The notes: generated by a model not told the origin, from the sequence alone. DNA of 64,000 nucleotides from Oikopleura dioica (GCA_907165135.1 OU015566.1:1550001-1614000), one strand, 5' to 3'. Positions 37,692 through 50,500 are shown, counted from the stretch's first letter. A program made the numbers and translations.

Positions 37692-38665
37692 ATGATCCTT
37701 TTATTCATTTTCCCATGCATTTTTTCTTTCATTCTCAGAGAAGAAAACTTGCTTTTCTCCGGGCGGAAAATTTTTTCGGACAAAATTTGTGAAGCAATGA
37801 GTCAATTTATCGAGGGAATCGAGTGCAGAGATAGAAAGTTCAGACAAACTCAGTGCCTGGACGGAGAATGCTTTTGCGTCGACGAAGTTACTGGAGATGA
37901 GCTTTTGCCAATCAGGTTTTTATTTTTCGAAATTCTAGTATTTCACAGCTTGGAGGGTCTCTGGCTCATCGCTCAATCGATGGTCGAATTTGTGAATGTT
38001 GGAGTTTCTTGCATTCAACAGTCGAAACCAATTTTTCTGAAGACGAGAATTTAGAATAGAATTTTTAGTAGAACTTACCAAAAGTTTTTTATCGTGACTA
38101 TTGTGATCTCCATGAAGAAAGGATGAACCAATTGTTGCGATTCTAGGAATCATATCTGCGCTTGAATGTTGAGCAGAAGTAAATAAAAAAAGAAAATTCA
38201 CAAAAATAATTTTCATTTTTTTTTTCTCGAAACAATGATTTTTGCTAGCTTGATATTGGTCTTTTATTTTCTTGATTATCAATTTTTTATTCAAATCGCG
38301 CCACAAATCACCCAACTTTAAATTTATTCAGGCGAATTCCAGATGATGGTCGGCGTTACTTAGAATGCAGTCGAAATCTGCCATGCTTGGACTTTTGGTA
38401 TGGGAGTTCAAAAAACGATGTGGTTTTTGAATGCGACGCAGGGGGATCTTATACGAGCACGCTTATTGATCTCCAAACTGGACGAATTTGGGCGATTTTT
38501 GGGGAAGAAAAAGAAGCTGAGGAAGAAGAAGAAGGGGTCGATTCTAGAGTTGGTTTCGCTGAATATGAAGAAGAGGAGGAAGAAGAAGTTGAAATCGTCG
38601 AGGTTGAGGATGATGGTGGCGTTACTCAAGAATGGGATGCTTACTGGGATTTTTACTGGGCATGA
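37692..38665 (+). CDS. Small secreted thyroglobulin type-1 repeat protein with acidic tail (testican-like C-terminus)
   Basis: Signal peptide MILLFIFPCIFS; Tg1 motif QCLDGECFCVDEVTG. Intron 37916-38331 joins in frame to a second degenerate repeat and an E-rich tail ending WDAYWDFYWA*. Confidence 0.7.
37935..38216 (-). CDS. Candidate 79-aa secreted peptide precursor nested antisense in the Tg1-gene intron
   Basis: MKIIFVNFLFLFTSAQHSSA signal-like start; GTAAGT...CAG 42-nt intron (38037-38078); the whole model lies within host intron 37916-38331. Confidence 0.55.
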   Translation of the reverse strand: MKIIFVNFLFLFTSAQHSSADMIPRIATIGSSFLHGDHNSHDKKLLVSSTKNSILNSRLQKNWFRLLNARNSNIHKFDHRLSDEPETLQAVKY

Positions 38666-38757
38666 GACCATTCAAATAAACCGAAAGATGATAAATCTGT
38701 TTGTGATTTTATTCAGCAAGATTCTTTATTACTGTGCCTTTATAAAAGTCTGTTTAA

Positions 38758-39058
38758 GGACCCCCCGTCAGCTTTTTTCGAAAAATAAAATTTCGGATTT
38801 TTTAAATTTTCACCCCGAAAATGGATTCTACGGGTCAAAAAAGGATTCTGAGGCTCCATTTTTTGGGGGTCTATCTCGACTCTAACACCCTCAAAATCGC
38901 ATTTGAAAATTGGACTTTTCATCGAAAATTGACGAATTTGCGCTAAATTCGGCAAAAATATTGATTTTTCTGAAGCAAGTTTAACCTAAGGACGCATTGA
39001 GAACCAAAAATGTGGTGTTTTAAAAAATTCCATTTTTCGAAGGAAAAAGCTGACGTCC
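38758..39058. mobile_element. TTAA-flanked MITE, intergenic
   Basis: TTAA|GGAC(CCCCC)GTCAGCTTTT ... AAAAGCTGACGTCC|TTAA. Confidence 0.6.
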
Positions 39059-39327
39059 TTAAAATGATAAGAAATCCCTCATTCTGCTTAGAGATTTGTC
39101 TGTTTACGAGTGCATTAGTCAGGTCCCAATGATTTGTAACAAAGTGGACAGGAAAGATTTCGCAGCTAATTTACAGTTCACACGCTTGACGACCTCTTCA
39201 GCACTAGGTGTCGATCCCAATCCGGGCCGCGAGCTCTTCGTGAAAGTCAACTCCTCAGTTGCTTGCTCGACAACTTCTCAACCTTTCTTTTTTTCGTCTT
39301 TTTCAAGAGTCGAAGAAATTACAAAAG

Positions 39328-40153
39328 ATGGCCCACGAGTTTACTGAAGAACAGATTGAAGGTATTTCTTTCAAATTTTTTTTATAATTTCGAAAAAAAA
39401 ATTCTAGAGATTTTCTTTTTCTCTATTTTTTCGATGAAAAATGGTGTTTTTCAAAGAGGAAAAATTTTTGTCATCAAATCAAGAGGGAGAAAATTAGCCA
39501 TTTTTGTTCAGAATTCAAGGATGCCTTCGAACTCTTCGACAAGACCGGCGAAGGAATGATCAAGTACGGCGAGTGCGTCAACCTTGCCCGATGCTTCGGC
39601 TACAACCCATCTGAATACTCCGTCCTCCGTAAGTCAAGAAGTCAAAAGTCAAAAGTTTAGACAGAGTTCAATCTCAACGCCAAAGTGAGAACATAACCCG
39701 CAACCCATCCTTGTCACCACGAACTCATCAAAGATTGACACTTGTTCTTGTTTAGTCCTCCTCTGCGGCGGTGACGAGGAGAACTTGCCAAGCAAAGAAG
39801 ACATGGCCACCAAATCGCTCTCCTTCGACGACTACTTGCCAATTCTCTGGGCCATTTCTAACTCCACCGATCCCGGAAGCTACGAGGACTTTTTGGAGGG
39901 TCTCAAGGTCTTCGACAAGGACGGCAACGGAACTGTCAACTCTGCCGAACTCCGACACGTCCTCACCTCTCTTGGTGAGAAAAATTAAGATTATCAACCT
40001 CCTCAATATTTTTTTTCAGGTGAAAAGCTTACCTCCGCCCAGTTTGATCAGCTCACCGAGGGTATGGAGGGTCCCAACGGCGCCATCAACATTGAGGAGT
40101 TCATCAAGAAGATGATGTCTGATTCCGATGAAGTCGAACCTGCTGCTGAATAA
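39328..40153 (+). CDS. MYL6-like: Myosin essential (alkali) light chain
   Basis: [22 protein letters not shown]; [36 protein letters not shown]; 4 exons; stop at 40151-40153. Confidence 0.95.
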
Positions 40154-40318
40154 AGACATTTTATATTACAGCATCTGCTTTGAAATCGCTTGGGGAGCGA
40201 CTTGAAGCTTTTTTTTGTAAATCGGAATAAAAATCACACAAAATTTTCTTCCAAATGTTTTTTGAAGTCTTTTGCTTTTGTCAAAATAATTTTTTTTTAT
40301 TTGATTTTCTGAAAAGAT

Positions 40319-41619
40319 TCACAAATGGCAATTTTTGATGCAGTTTTGGTTAAAAAATTTTTTGGTCATTGGATTAATCAAGCACAGTTTGACCCCACAG
40401 TCGAGGTAGAGATTCTGATCCGTAGCAGTAAACGCAAAACTGATGAAAGAAAAGTGTGCCGAGCCGTTGACGGAATTGTTCGATGTGAAACCGACGTATG
40501 ATGATGGGTTGCAGGTGTCTTTGAGGATGTCGAATTTGTAGCCGGTTTTGTCGGGTTTTTGGTAGACCGTGCATTTCGTCAGCTTAATTATTCTGATAGG
40601 AGGGAGAAAAGGGATATCGCTTACCTGGAAAGAGTAGGATGTTGTTCCAAGATTCAAAGTAGTGCTTACTTTTCCACTTATTCTTTCACCTTAATTAATT
40701 TAAAAAGCCTAATTTAAAAAATTCATTTACCGATCGTTATTTGTTTTTTCGGACCCCAAAGAGACATGGAAAAAAGTGAATCGAGCTTAAAATAATAATA
40801 AATCGTTTGAAAACAAAACAACCCAACCTTATTTGTGTCGCCAACAAGAAGTGGCGTAGAGCTGAAATTTACGAGGAAGCTGTTGCTCATTGTCGTAACG
40901 TAAGTGTCGTAATGGCATTCGGCGTTGAAATTTTTCGATTTTGTCAAGACTTTTTTTTGGAAAGAAAAACATTTTTTTTTCTATAAAAAACTTGTTTTTT
41001 CTCTCCCGTTTCCTATTCCAGTCGTCAGGAAAAACTTGTCAAGCCCATAAACCGTCCATCTCGCAACAATGCCCGTCTCATTCTGCGACCAAAAAGTACC
41101 ACAATCGCTCAGTGAAAAATTCTCTTCAAACCAGCCATCTTTTGGCGCGGTTTTTCCAATGCAAGAGCCGATTCTAAGTCGAATATCCTTCCACTGGGCT
41201 GCATGAAGATTCGGAAAAACATGCTGGACATGGACGCGGACAGTGATTTTTTCTGCGTTACATTCGATTATCTCTTTTTGGTAGACGCACTTCTTCTGGA
41301 TTGGGTGGTAGATTGATGCACCAGGACAGACGTTTACTTTTTTGGACATTTTTAGCATGAAAAAGAGGGGTTTTGAAGCTTTTTCTTGAAAAATTTGTTT
41401 TTTTTTTTGAAATCTTTTCTTGAAAAATTTGGGCTTTTTCGAAATTTTGGATTTTTTTTTCAAAAAATTTGCGAGAAAACTTGATAAAATCCTCGATAAA
41501 GGAGGCCTACTTGCTAAAATATCCGTTCCTCCTTGACAAATTGATGCTAGATCTAAAAAATGCGGTTGCTGATGTTGAGAAATCACCATTTGAGCTAAGA
41601 AAATCAACAGTTTTTTCAT
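40319..41619 (-). CDS. Secreted zona pellucida (ZP) domain protein without a transmembrane anchor
   Basis: Signal MKKLLIFLAQMVIS; ZP-N (IECNAEKITVRV...FSLSDCGT...AECHY); ZP-C (LTKCTV...DILKDTC...AHFSFISFAF...LYLDCGVKLC). Confidence 0.8.
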
Positions 41620-42110
41620 TTTTTTTCTCTATTTTTTCAATTCGGAAGAAAATCAATTGAGCTGTTTTTCAGGAAAATGCAATTGCTTGATCTTGTGTCC
41701 TTTAAAAATACGAAATGGTGGTTGCACCACACCTCCACCAAATTGCGTTAATACTAAGCTGAGAAAGACAAGCCGCTTTTGAGTTTGAGATAACATCTCA
41801 AAATGACAGATAATGGTCATTTCGCTGCGATCTGTCAAAATTAACAAATTGCAAGCTGACAATTTACTATTTGATGAAACCGAAGTATAGTTCCTTAAGG
41901 ACTTTTGAAAGGAGTTTTTCTTCAAAAGACACTCTTGAACCTAATCGTTTCCGTTCCCTAAAGCATCATTCGAAATTTGGCCGCCAGAAAGCACGATATT
42001 TATCGAAGCTTTGAGCAAATCGTAAAAGTAAACAAAAAAGACGGTGAAAAAGCGAGCCACTCCCCTTTTTATTTTCATTTGAAAAGTCCTCGAGAAAGAA
42101 AAAGAGAAAA

Positions 42111-43185
42111 ATGTCGGAGTTGATTTCCTTCGAAAATCCAGTTTTCAAGTACTATGCTTTGGCAGTTGCGGGGACTGCGATAAACATGTTAATCAAGGTA
42201 AATCCCTTAACTTCTCAATGCACGTGGTCCAATCATTGGACCACGGCGACTTTGACCCCCTGTAATTCCTGTTGTAGTTATCTGTTTGACCGAAATTTTG
42301 TAATGTGAGCTGACAGGACAAAAACGAACCACTCTGTGAAGTTTCGAATGAAAACTCAAATGTGGTGGCGTTTCGCGCCAGATTTCTCTTTTGCTCTCTG
42401 GTGAAAAATCGGAACGGATTTTTCGATTAACAATTGTATATTTTTATAGAAGAGGGTTTAAGCTTTCTAGCAATACATTTACGAGCTTTTTTACCCGACG
42501 GAAACGTCAATTAGAGCCAAAAGTCCTGAGCGCTGTTTTTCACACTCTGAATTTGGCGCGCCGCGCGGGGCTAGATAATGCATTGTGGTCCAATAATTGG
42601 ACCCCGTGTTTTGAGCGCTTAGTCGCGCGCCCGTGTATTGAGAAGTTAACATGTTTTTGAACAGAAATAAGGGCCAGAAAAGGACTAACCCTTACCCTAG
42701 CACTAACCCTAAGCCTAACCCGTACGTTTAACCTTACTCTATATCCTTACTCTATATTAAATCACTTTTTCTTAATAAAAAATTTTAAGGCCCCACTCAC
42801 TGCGCGACAACGATTCAAGCACGGCGCTTTCGCGAATCCCGAAGACGCAAAGAGCGCGAAACAAGACAAACCAAGAGTCAACGAAGAAGTCGAACGAGTT
42901 CGCCGAGCTCATTTGAACGACCTCGAAAACGTCCCCGGTAAAGTCCTTTTTATTTTCCTTTTCAAAATTTTTCTAGTTTTCTGGGCGCTCGGTTTCATTT
43001 TCGTCCTCCTCGAGCCAAGCGAATCCTCCGCTCGAAATCACTTCCTCGGCTTTTTGGCTGCCCGAGTGGCGCACTCCTTTTTCTACCTCTGTCAGATTCC
43101 TCAACCGACTCGGGGCCTCGCGTTTTTCGCCGGAGTGGGCATTGTTGGATCCATGGCTGTGCAAATTATTCAACGAGCTCTCTAA
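42111..43185 (+). CDS. MGST1: Microsomal glutathione S-transferase 1 (MAPEG family)
   Basis: FANPED and EEVERVRRAHLNDLEN signatures; FLAARVAHSFFY; IPQPTRGLAF; 3 exons. Confidence 0.95.
42211..42645. mobile_element. TTAA-flanked TIR element in MGST1 intron 1
   Basis: TTAA|CTTCTCAATGCACG ... CGTGTATTGAGAAG|TTAA (1 mismatch in 14); internal palindromes GGTCCAATNATTGGACC twice. Confidence 0.7.
42685..42732. repeat. Degenerate (CCCTAA)n telomere-like tract
   Basis: CTAACCCTTACCCTAGCACTAACCCTAAGCCTAACCC. Confidence 0.4.
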
Positions 43186-43267
43186 CAACATGAATAAAAA
43201 CAAAATTATTGCGTCTTTTTACAGTTTTATTTTGAAAAGTTCAAAATCATATATGACTTTTTCGGCA

Positions 43268-43561
43268 TTATTGATAAATAATTTTTGGCTCAAAAAAAGA
43301 CAATTTTGCCAATTTCCTGATATGATTAGCCATCCGGCGACTTTTGTGCCCAAGTTTGTAAAGATAACTCTTCGCCAAATCAAAGAACCCTTCGATGATC
43401 AAACAAAATATAAAGATGCCAGCAATTATCGCAACTAAAATGGCATGATTCCAAGCTAAGGTCAGGTCCTTACCAAAAAGAACATCGATTTCTAGGTGAA
43501 TCGAGCCGAGGTTTCCATTGACACCCATAGCTTTTTCTGAGTTCAGATTCGATCCCGTCAT
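43268..43561 (-). CDS. Possible small single-pass membrane protein
   Basis: 97-codon ORF with one hydrophobic segment (AILVAIIAGIFIFCLII) followed by a basic tail; no domain recognised. Confidence 0.3.
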   Translation of the reverse strand: MTGSNLNSEKAMGVNGNLGSIHLEIDVLFGKDLTLAWNHAILVAIIAGIFIFCLIIEGFFDLAKSYLYKLGHKSRRMANHIRKLAKLSFFEPKIIYQ

Positions 43562-44516
43562 TTTTTCTTAATAAACTTAGAGCTGGATGATTTTAAGATC
43601 AATTTAACGTCTCTTGTCCCTTATTTTCCAAAGTTCAATTATTTCTAATCAAATTAAAAGCCAACTTTAATCTAAATAGAGCTTTTTTTCTTGGAAATGT
43701 TCATTTTTTATTTTCTTCTTTTCTCTTTTTGTAAATTTGATTTTCTGAAACTGTAGCTTTTTGGAAGTTAATCCAATTTTTGCTCATCTTATATCTCCGG
43801 TCGAATCTAAACTCAATTTCTTTTTCGAGGCTATTCATGACAGCATTGCTTCAATTTCATACTCTTCTGACTCCGAATTCCATCAATGCCGAATCGGGCT
43901 GAATTTAGCCTTTGCTAATCTTACGCTAATACGAAACATATGCGACGTTGAAAATATATATAAGAAAGGGGCAACTAAAGATAGGCCCGAAATTATTGAT
44001 GATCAAAACTAAAAAAAGCATTTTTGGTGAAATAATTATTCGAAAAAAAATGTTCGAAAATGATTTCTTTCTGGCTCTTGGAGCTCAATATTCAAGAGAT
44101 ACCCTTAATTTTTTTGCTCAATATTTGTTCTCTCTCTTTTCATTTTAAAATATCTCGTTGGAATTCGATCCTTTTTATTTTTCTCTGATTAAATTTCTTT
44201 TTTTAACCTCTGAAGTGTCGTCGAGAGCACAAAATTCTTGGCTAGGGAACCCGAGGGATCAGGAATATTACATTAGCATACGTATAATTATTCATGTGAA
44301 AAATGCTTTTAGCAAAGAAAAAAGGAAGAATATGTATAAAACACGGTAAAAATGGAAATTCCATTATGGAAAAAAAGACATATGAAATTTTTGATTTTTT
44401 GATCGATTTATTGAAAATCGAAATATGCAGAGAAAAATAAAGAAAGAATAAAGTTTGAATAGTCAGAAGTCATAAGTTAAATTTTCCAGGAGCGAAATTT
44501 TCAAATTCCGCGGTGT

Positions 44517-47500
44517 TTAGTTTTTCCATTTCTTTTGCCATGGTTTCTTTGAGCTCCATTTGCCCTTGGAGGTTTTTGTTGCTCGTGAACTCGAAGCGGC
44601 GCAAGAGTTGTCCGGCTGGAGAGTGAAGCCATCGGGGCAGAAGCAAACGCCGCCGTTGATCGTGGCTTTGCAGTTCTCGCAGTTGTCCGCGTTGGCGTCA
44701 CAATCGGCGACTCCGGCGGAGTTGTCGACGTTGAGCTCGGTGTGGACGCGGATTTGGGTGCCGGAAGCAGTGCTGAAAATGATTTTAGGCATTGTTTTCA
44801 TTTTTTCTCTTTTGATTTTGAATAGAAACTTACTTTGAGCCTGGGCAAGAAGCGTCACTACACGATCCGGAATTCAAGTCACAGAGCGAAACCATGCAGT
44901 TGAAGTAAACAACATCGGAGGCCAAGTCACCAAGAACGGAATCAGTGACCATCAATCGGAACTGATTAGTGCCAGACCATCCTTCGGAAATAGAAACGAA
45001 TCCTTCTTGACCGGATGTGAGGCAACCGTCAGTGACAACGTCGATGACATTGCCGGCATTCTCGTCGTCGGCGTTGTAGGCGTCAGAGAACCAGCATCGG
45101 TTGGCTTCAAGCTGGAATCCCTGAAAATAGAGCTTGTTAAGATTGATTCGAAAAATAATCTTTTACCTCTGGAGCGACCATTCCAAGATCAGAGATTATC
45201 GAGCTGCTGCTGATGACTTGATCAGTTGGAGCAACGGTATGATAACCAGCGTTGGTGTATTTGGCGACCATGACATTTCGTCCTTCGACAACATTGTCCA
45301 TCTTCTGCGCAGTGGCGAGTTCTGTGTAGCTGCTCAAATCAATTGGATAAGAGCATTCGAAGCTGCTCCAGAACTCGGCGACATCTCGCTGGAAGAAGTC
45401 AGAGACCATCTTGTAGCCCTGGATGCCGGCGGTGTAGGTGACATGAGTGGAGTTGTATGAAGTAGAGGCACCGCATTCGGACTTGCTTCGGTTGATTCGG
45501 AAGACGTATTCTGCTCCAGCATCGAAACCGAGTCGACCTCGGCAGTTTGCATCAGCAGCAATGGAGGAGAAGTCATCGACCTGCTCGCCGACGACATGAA
45601 TGTCCTTGAGCATGAGGCCAAGCTTGTTAACGACACACTTGTTGACGCGCATGGTAAGGCCAGCGCCATCGCAAGTTCCGGAAATGTAATCCGCGACATC
45701 GATGCTTTCAACTTCTGGAACCAAGCTCATGTCGCACTCGCAGCCGGAATCGCCACAAGCAGAGAAGGATGAAGCGTCACAGCTTGAGAGAGTCTCGCAG
45801 ACAGGAGCAGCTCCGACAGAGGTGCAACCAGTGATGCAGACATACGAGCAATCTGGACTGAAGGCCATCTTCTTGTCGAATGGAGAGCCTTCTGGTTTGG
45901 CATCGCAGACAGAAGTGTCGGCTGGCGGAAGGAACTCGACGACAGGGGATGTCCAGCTGATACCGGTGTCTTCTGCGACGGAAGGATCGACAGCGGTGAA
46001 AACGAAATTGGCGCTGACAACGTCACCCTAAAAATTGAAAGCTTGAACCAAAGTTTTAAAGTTTAATTTTTACCTTGACGACAAGATTATCGAAAATACT
46101 TCTTCCATCACCAGGAGTGAAATCAACTGAAGTCAATCCATCTAGATTCGGACTGGCAGGGCCGGAAGTAACGACCTGATCACCAAAAGTGACCTTGATG
46201 TTCCATGGAGTAGCGACGAAACCAACAATGGGCATGATCTCACCATTGGTATCCTTCATAGCGAAAGAGAACTTCTGGTAGAAATCGAGGCCGAGAATCT
46301 GTGGCTCAGTTGGCTCAGAGAGAACGAGAAGTTCAGCTGGACTGGTGTAGACGACGGCTTCGAGGGCAGCATCAGCGGCAGCTTGCTTGGCAGCGTTCTT
46401 TTCCTCGGCAGTTTCAAGATCGTCGAGTGGAACATCGAGAGCTTCTTCGACCTTCTCGAGGAAGTCTTCGATGGATTCACCTTCAGCGATGTTATCGATA
46501 CCAAGGATGTCAGCGAGGGTTTCTGGCATCTCTGGTTCCTCTGGTGGTGGTTCTGGAGCAGCGGCAATAGCAACGCTCTCGTCAGCAGTGGCGGATGGAT
46601 CAATCTCAGTCTGGGTAGTGTTCATGACATTGTTGACAATGGCACCACCGCTGCCAGCGATTTGAGCACCAAGCTTGTTGTTCGCTTCAGCACCATTAGC
46701 AGTGTTGGAAGATGGATCGATTTCAAAGCCAAGAGTCATGCCTGGAGCATCTTCTTGTCTTCGGTTTCGGAATCGTGGGTTAACATCAACGTTGATGACG
46801 TCGTATCCAAGTGCAGCTCGTCGTTTTCTTCGCTGAGCACCAGTCTCAGAGATGACATTCATGAGTCGGATCTTGCTTGGATCGATTCCGAGAAGAGCAG
46901 CAATGTTGGCAGCGAGGTTACCGTTATCATAGAACTCATCCTCAGTAACTTCAGTCATGACGCCAAGTTCGAGGACAAGAGAAGAAACGACTTCCAAATC
47001 GTATTCGCTTCCTCCAGAAAGGATCATGTAGAATAGCTGATTGTTTCGATCGTGGTAGTTGGCACCACCGTGATTGTAGATAGAGTCAGTAAGTCCTGGG
47101 TAGAAAGATGGATCCGGCTTAGACCAGGAGATTGAATCACCCATGAGAACGGCATTAGTGGCCAATGAAAGCTCGCCATCCTTGAAGAAGTTCAATCTGT
47201 TTGGTCGCTTGGAGTAAAATTTGATGAGGATCTTGCAATCAGCAGGAGCATCAGCGAAGTACCATTTGGCCTTGAGCGGAGTAGTCGACGAGAAGTAGTA
47301 GTCGTACTCTTGACCACAAGCGACAGTGCTGTGAAGTGTCATCAATCGGAGAGAGCAAGCGTAACCGATGCAGCAAGAATGATCACATGGACCGTTGATG
47401 ATGTCAGCGTGACCATTGGCAACAAGAGCAAGAGGAGTCAATCGTCGGCTCATCTTGTCATTGTCCATCATGTCGTAGACGAGATCATAATATCGGAAGT

Positions 47501-50500
47501 CGGAAAGAGGACAGAACCATGCAGGACCCTCTGGTCGATAGTCGCAGTTTTCGTTTCTAACGATACCTCGCTCTTGAATGACATCATCGATTGGAATCTT
47601 GGAGCCATCCATGGCTGTGATGAGTGGCTTTGGAATTCGGTAGTCGCCAAGGCCATCTTGAGTATCACTGTAAGTTATAGATCCGCCATCAGCAGTTGGT
47701 CGAGTCACGCCATCCCATTCATATTCAGATTCAGCAAAGAGAGTACCGGGAACGTCGAAAACACCACCATCGATATCCATTACCTTGGCGTGCTTGTTTG
47801 CATCAGCATGGAGATCGACGCAATCAGCAATGTTGACCTTGTCAAGTGTAGGTCTGTCGAAGTGAACAAGATCTTCATTATTGACGTTTGTTTTTTGGTT
47901 GCCTCCCAGAAGCTGGATGGGGAAAGTCCAATCCATAGTCTTTGGATTTGTATTGAAGAGGAAGTCTCGGCCGCCGCACTTGGCATTGTAGTTGGCGAAG
48001 TGGCAGTCGAGCATGCAAGTAAGACCGTGATTATTGGGGTCTACATCAGCAGCGAACATCTCACAAATCGGGAATCCGTTTTTATCTGCATGGAAATCGG
48101 GGAAGAGGACAGCAGCGTGGTTCTTGACGATCTTAGGGTTCAAAGAGCCAGCATGTTTACTGAGCTCCATGTCTTTGTGAACATCCGCGTCGTAAGCACA
48201 GTCATAGAAGTCAGATTTACCAGCGAAGTAAGTGTTCTTGACTGTGTTTCGCTTGTCTTGTCCAGGTTTGATGCTCACACCGTAGAAACCGACCTTAGCA
48301 TCGACAACGACAGAGTCTTCAACGATGTGGTAATCTTTTGAAGAGAGCCATTGGAATCCATAATATGCGATCTTGTAGAAGTAGTAGCCTCCATACTTGG
48401 AGCATGTGTCTCCTCCGTTCAAGTTCCAGTGACCGATCGCGCAAGAGTGACCCATGTTGTTTGAGTAGCTGAATCCATTCGTATTGAAAGAGCACATTTC
48501 TGAAACATCGCAAGACTCTCCATCAGTCTGGAAGCACGAACCATCAGAACCAGTACATCTGTTGCCGGTAAGAACAGTATCGGTAGAGCCCTGGATGTTC
48601 ACACAAGATGGAAGTTGATCTTCTTCGAAGTTGACGTTTGTGCCGGAAGCGAAAGCACCCTTGTAGAGAGCAGTAGCCTCGACGTTTCCGATGACGTTGT
48701 TGGTAATGACAGTTCCGGCACCATCAGATCGAATGGCATCATCGACGACGCCCATGATGATGTTGTTATCGATGACAAGATTGTCCGTGTCAAAGAGAGC
48801 GGCGACGGCAGTGTGGTAAAGGTCGTGGAAAGCACATCCCTTGACGAAAGAAGCCTTTCGACCAAGAGCCTCATCAGCAGTGGTGTCAATGCCCCAGAAC
48901 ATGATGGCAGCTCGGTTATCATCATAACTGGTGTAAGCGTACTGACCCATACCAGTGAATTGAACGTTGCTGAACTGACCGTAACCGTGGTGTTCGTAGA
49001 AATGGGCTCCGTTCATTCGAATCCAGTTCATAAGAACGATTCTTCCTCCGACCTTGTCGTCTGTGGAGTCAGTACCGTCGATCTTGATAGATCGGGTCAG
49101 GAGTGTAACTTCAGCGGCTTGGTTGTAATCCACACCGTTTATGGTTTGAGTGGATGTAGTGGCGCCAGTGTGTCTGTGCTCAAGAGCTGGGAAGATAGCA
49201 ATGACATTTCCGCTGATAGATTGAATAGTCACGTATTCAGTGTGTCGATGCTCGTAGGAAGTTGACGCAACAGCGATCTCATCACCTGCCTTCCAGCCGG
49301 CGATGTCACCCATGACGGTGATAGCACTTGCGCCAGCGTTGACGGTAGTCATTAGCTGAACCCAGGTGTTGGCTGGGGCACAACCATACATTTCAATACC
49401 ACCAAAACCTCCCATGGCCTTTGGACCAATTGGTGGATTTCCTGGAGTAGCGCCGTAAGACTTGGAACTCTTATCACCGTTGATTTTGATGACAACTTGG
49501 GTGCCACATGGAATTGGGGCATCTTCAGAACCGATTACGATCTTTCCGTTATTATAAACGAAGGTATCACGTCGTTTTCGGCCAATATCAGCGGGATCAG
49601 TATGGGAGTTGATCAAGAAATTATCAGCTTCAATGGTAAGTGTATCGCCTTCTTGAAGAGCGGCAGCTTCGATCTCGAAAGTACCATCAACGATTGTTTC
49701 ACCGAGTTTGACAGTTCCACCGGAAGCAATGAATGCAGATCGGTCGAATTTGACGTGCTGAGTTTCTTGAACATGGAGTGGTGCGAAATCGTCCTGCATT
49801 GCGCATTCGATAAAATTGCACTCTACAAGCTCACCTTCAGCAGTTCCTGGCTCTGGTGGTGGTGGAATGCAATCTTTGTAGAAACACTTGTAGAATTCTG
49901 GTTTGATCAAAAGTTCTGTCCGAAACTGAGAGCGTCGCCATCTAAACCTGGTGACTCGGTGTTCCAGTTACCATTGAAAGTGTATCGGACAGAGTAGGGC
50001 TCTGTGACATTTTCAACATGATAAGTGTATGGATCAACAGAGAGCGGATCAGCTGGCCATTCTTCGACCTTGACTTGAACGTCGTCGTTTCGAAGGGTAG
50101 CAGTGTCGACTTTTTCTGGGAAATCGTGTCGGATAGTGAGCCACTCGCCAGTTTCGAAATCATCAATATCACCCGTGAAGGAGATATTTGAAATGTGATC
50201 CATGTTGGCGAAGTGCATTTCGTACTCTTGATTACCATCAAGGAGAACCATCCATCCGTTTCCTCTTGGTCGGCAATTTCTGAAAGGAGACTTGGCAGTT
50301 CCGTGTTCACCAGTGAAGACGGCTTCCATTCCTTCGAGAGAGTCAGGCTTGGCAGAATTGAACATGAATCGATGGGGCTTAAAGAATTTTCCACCACCGG
50401 AAGGTTCGCAGATCTGAGCTGGGAATGATCCTTCAATGGCGTATTTGCCAGAAGTATCGTCAGAGCACAAGTTCTTGTTGTAAGCATCTGATTTGGAAAT

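Noticed and set aside
43761-44012. 83-codon plus-strand ORF
   Set aside because: Protein-like composition, but no start or splice context or domain could be established.
49900-49915. Programmed ribosomal frameshift at TTT TGA
   Set aside because: The required shift is -1 and there is no X-XXY-YYZ slippery heptamer; an indel or mini-intron is simpler.
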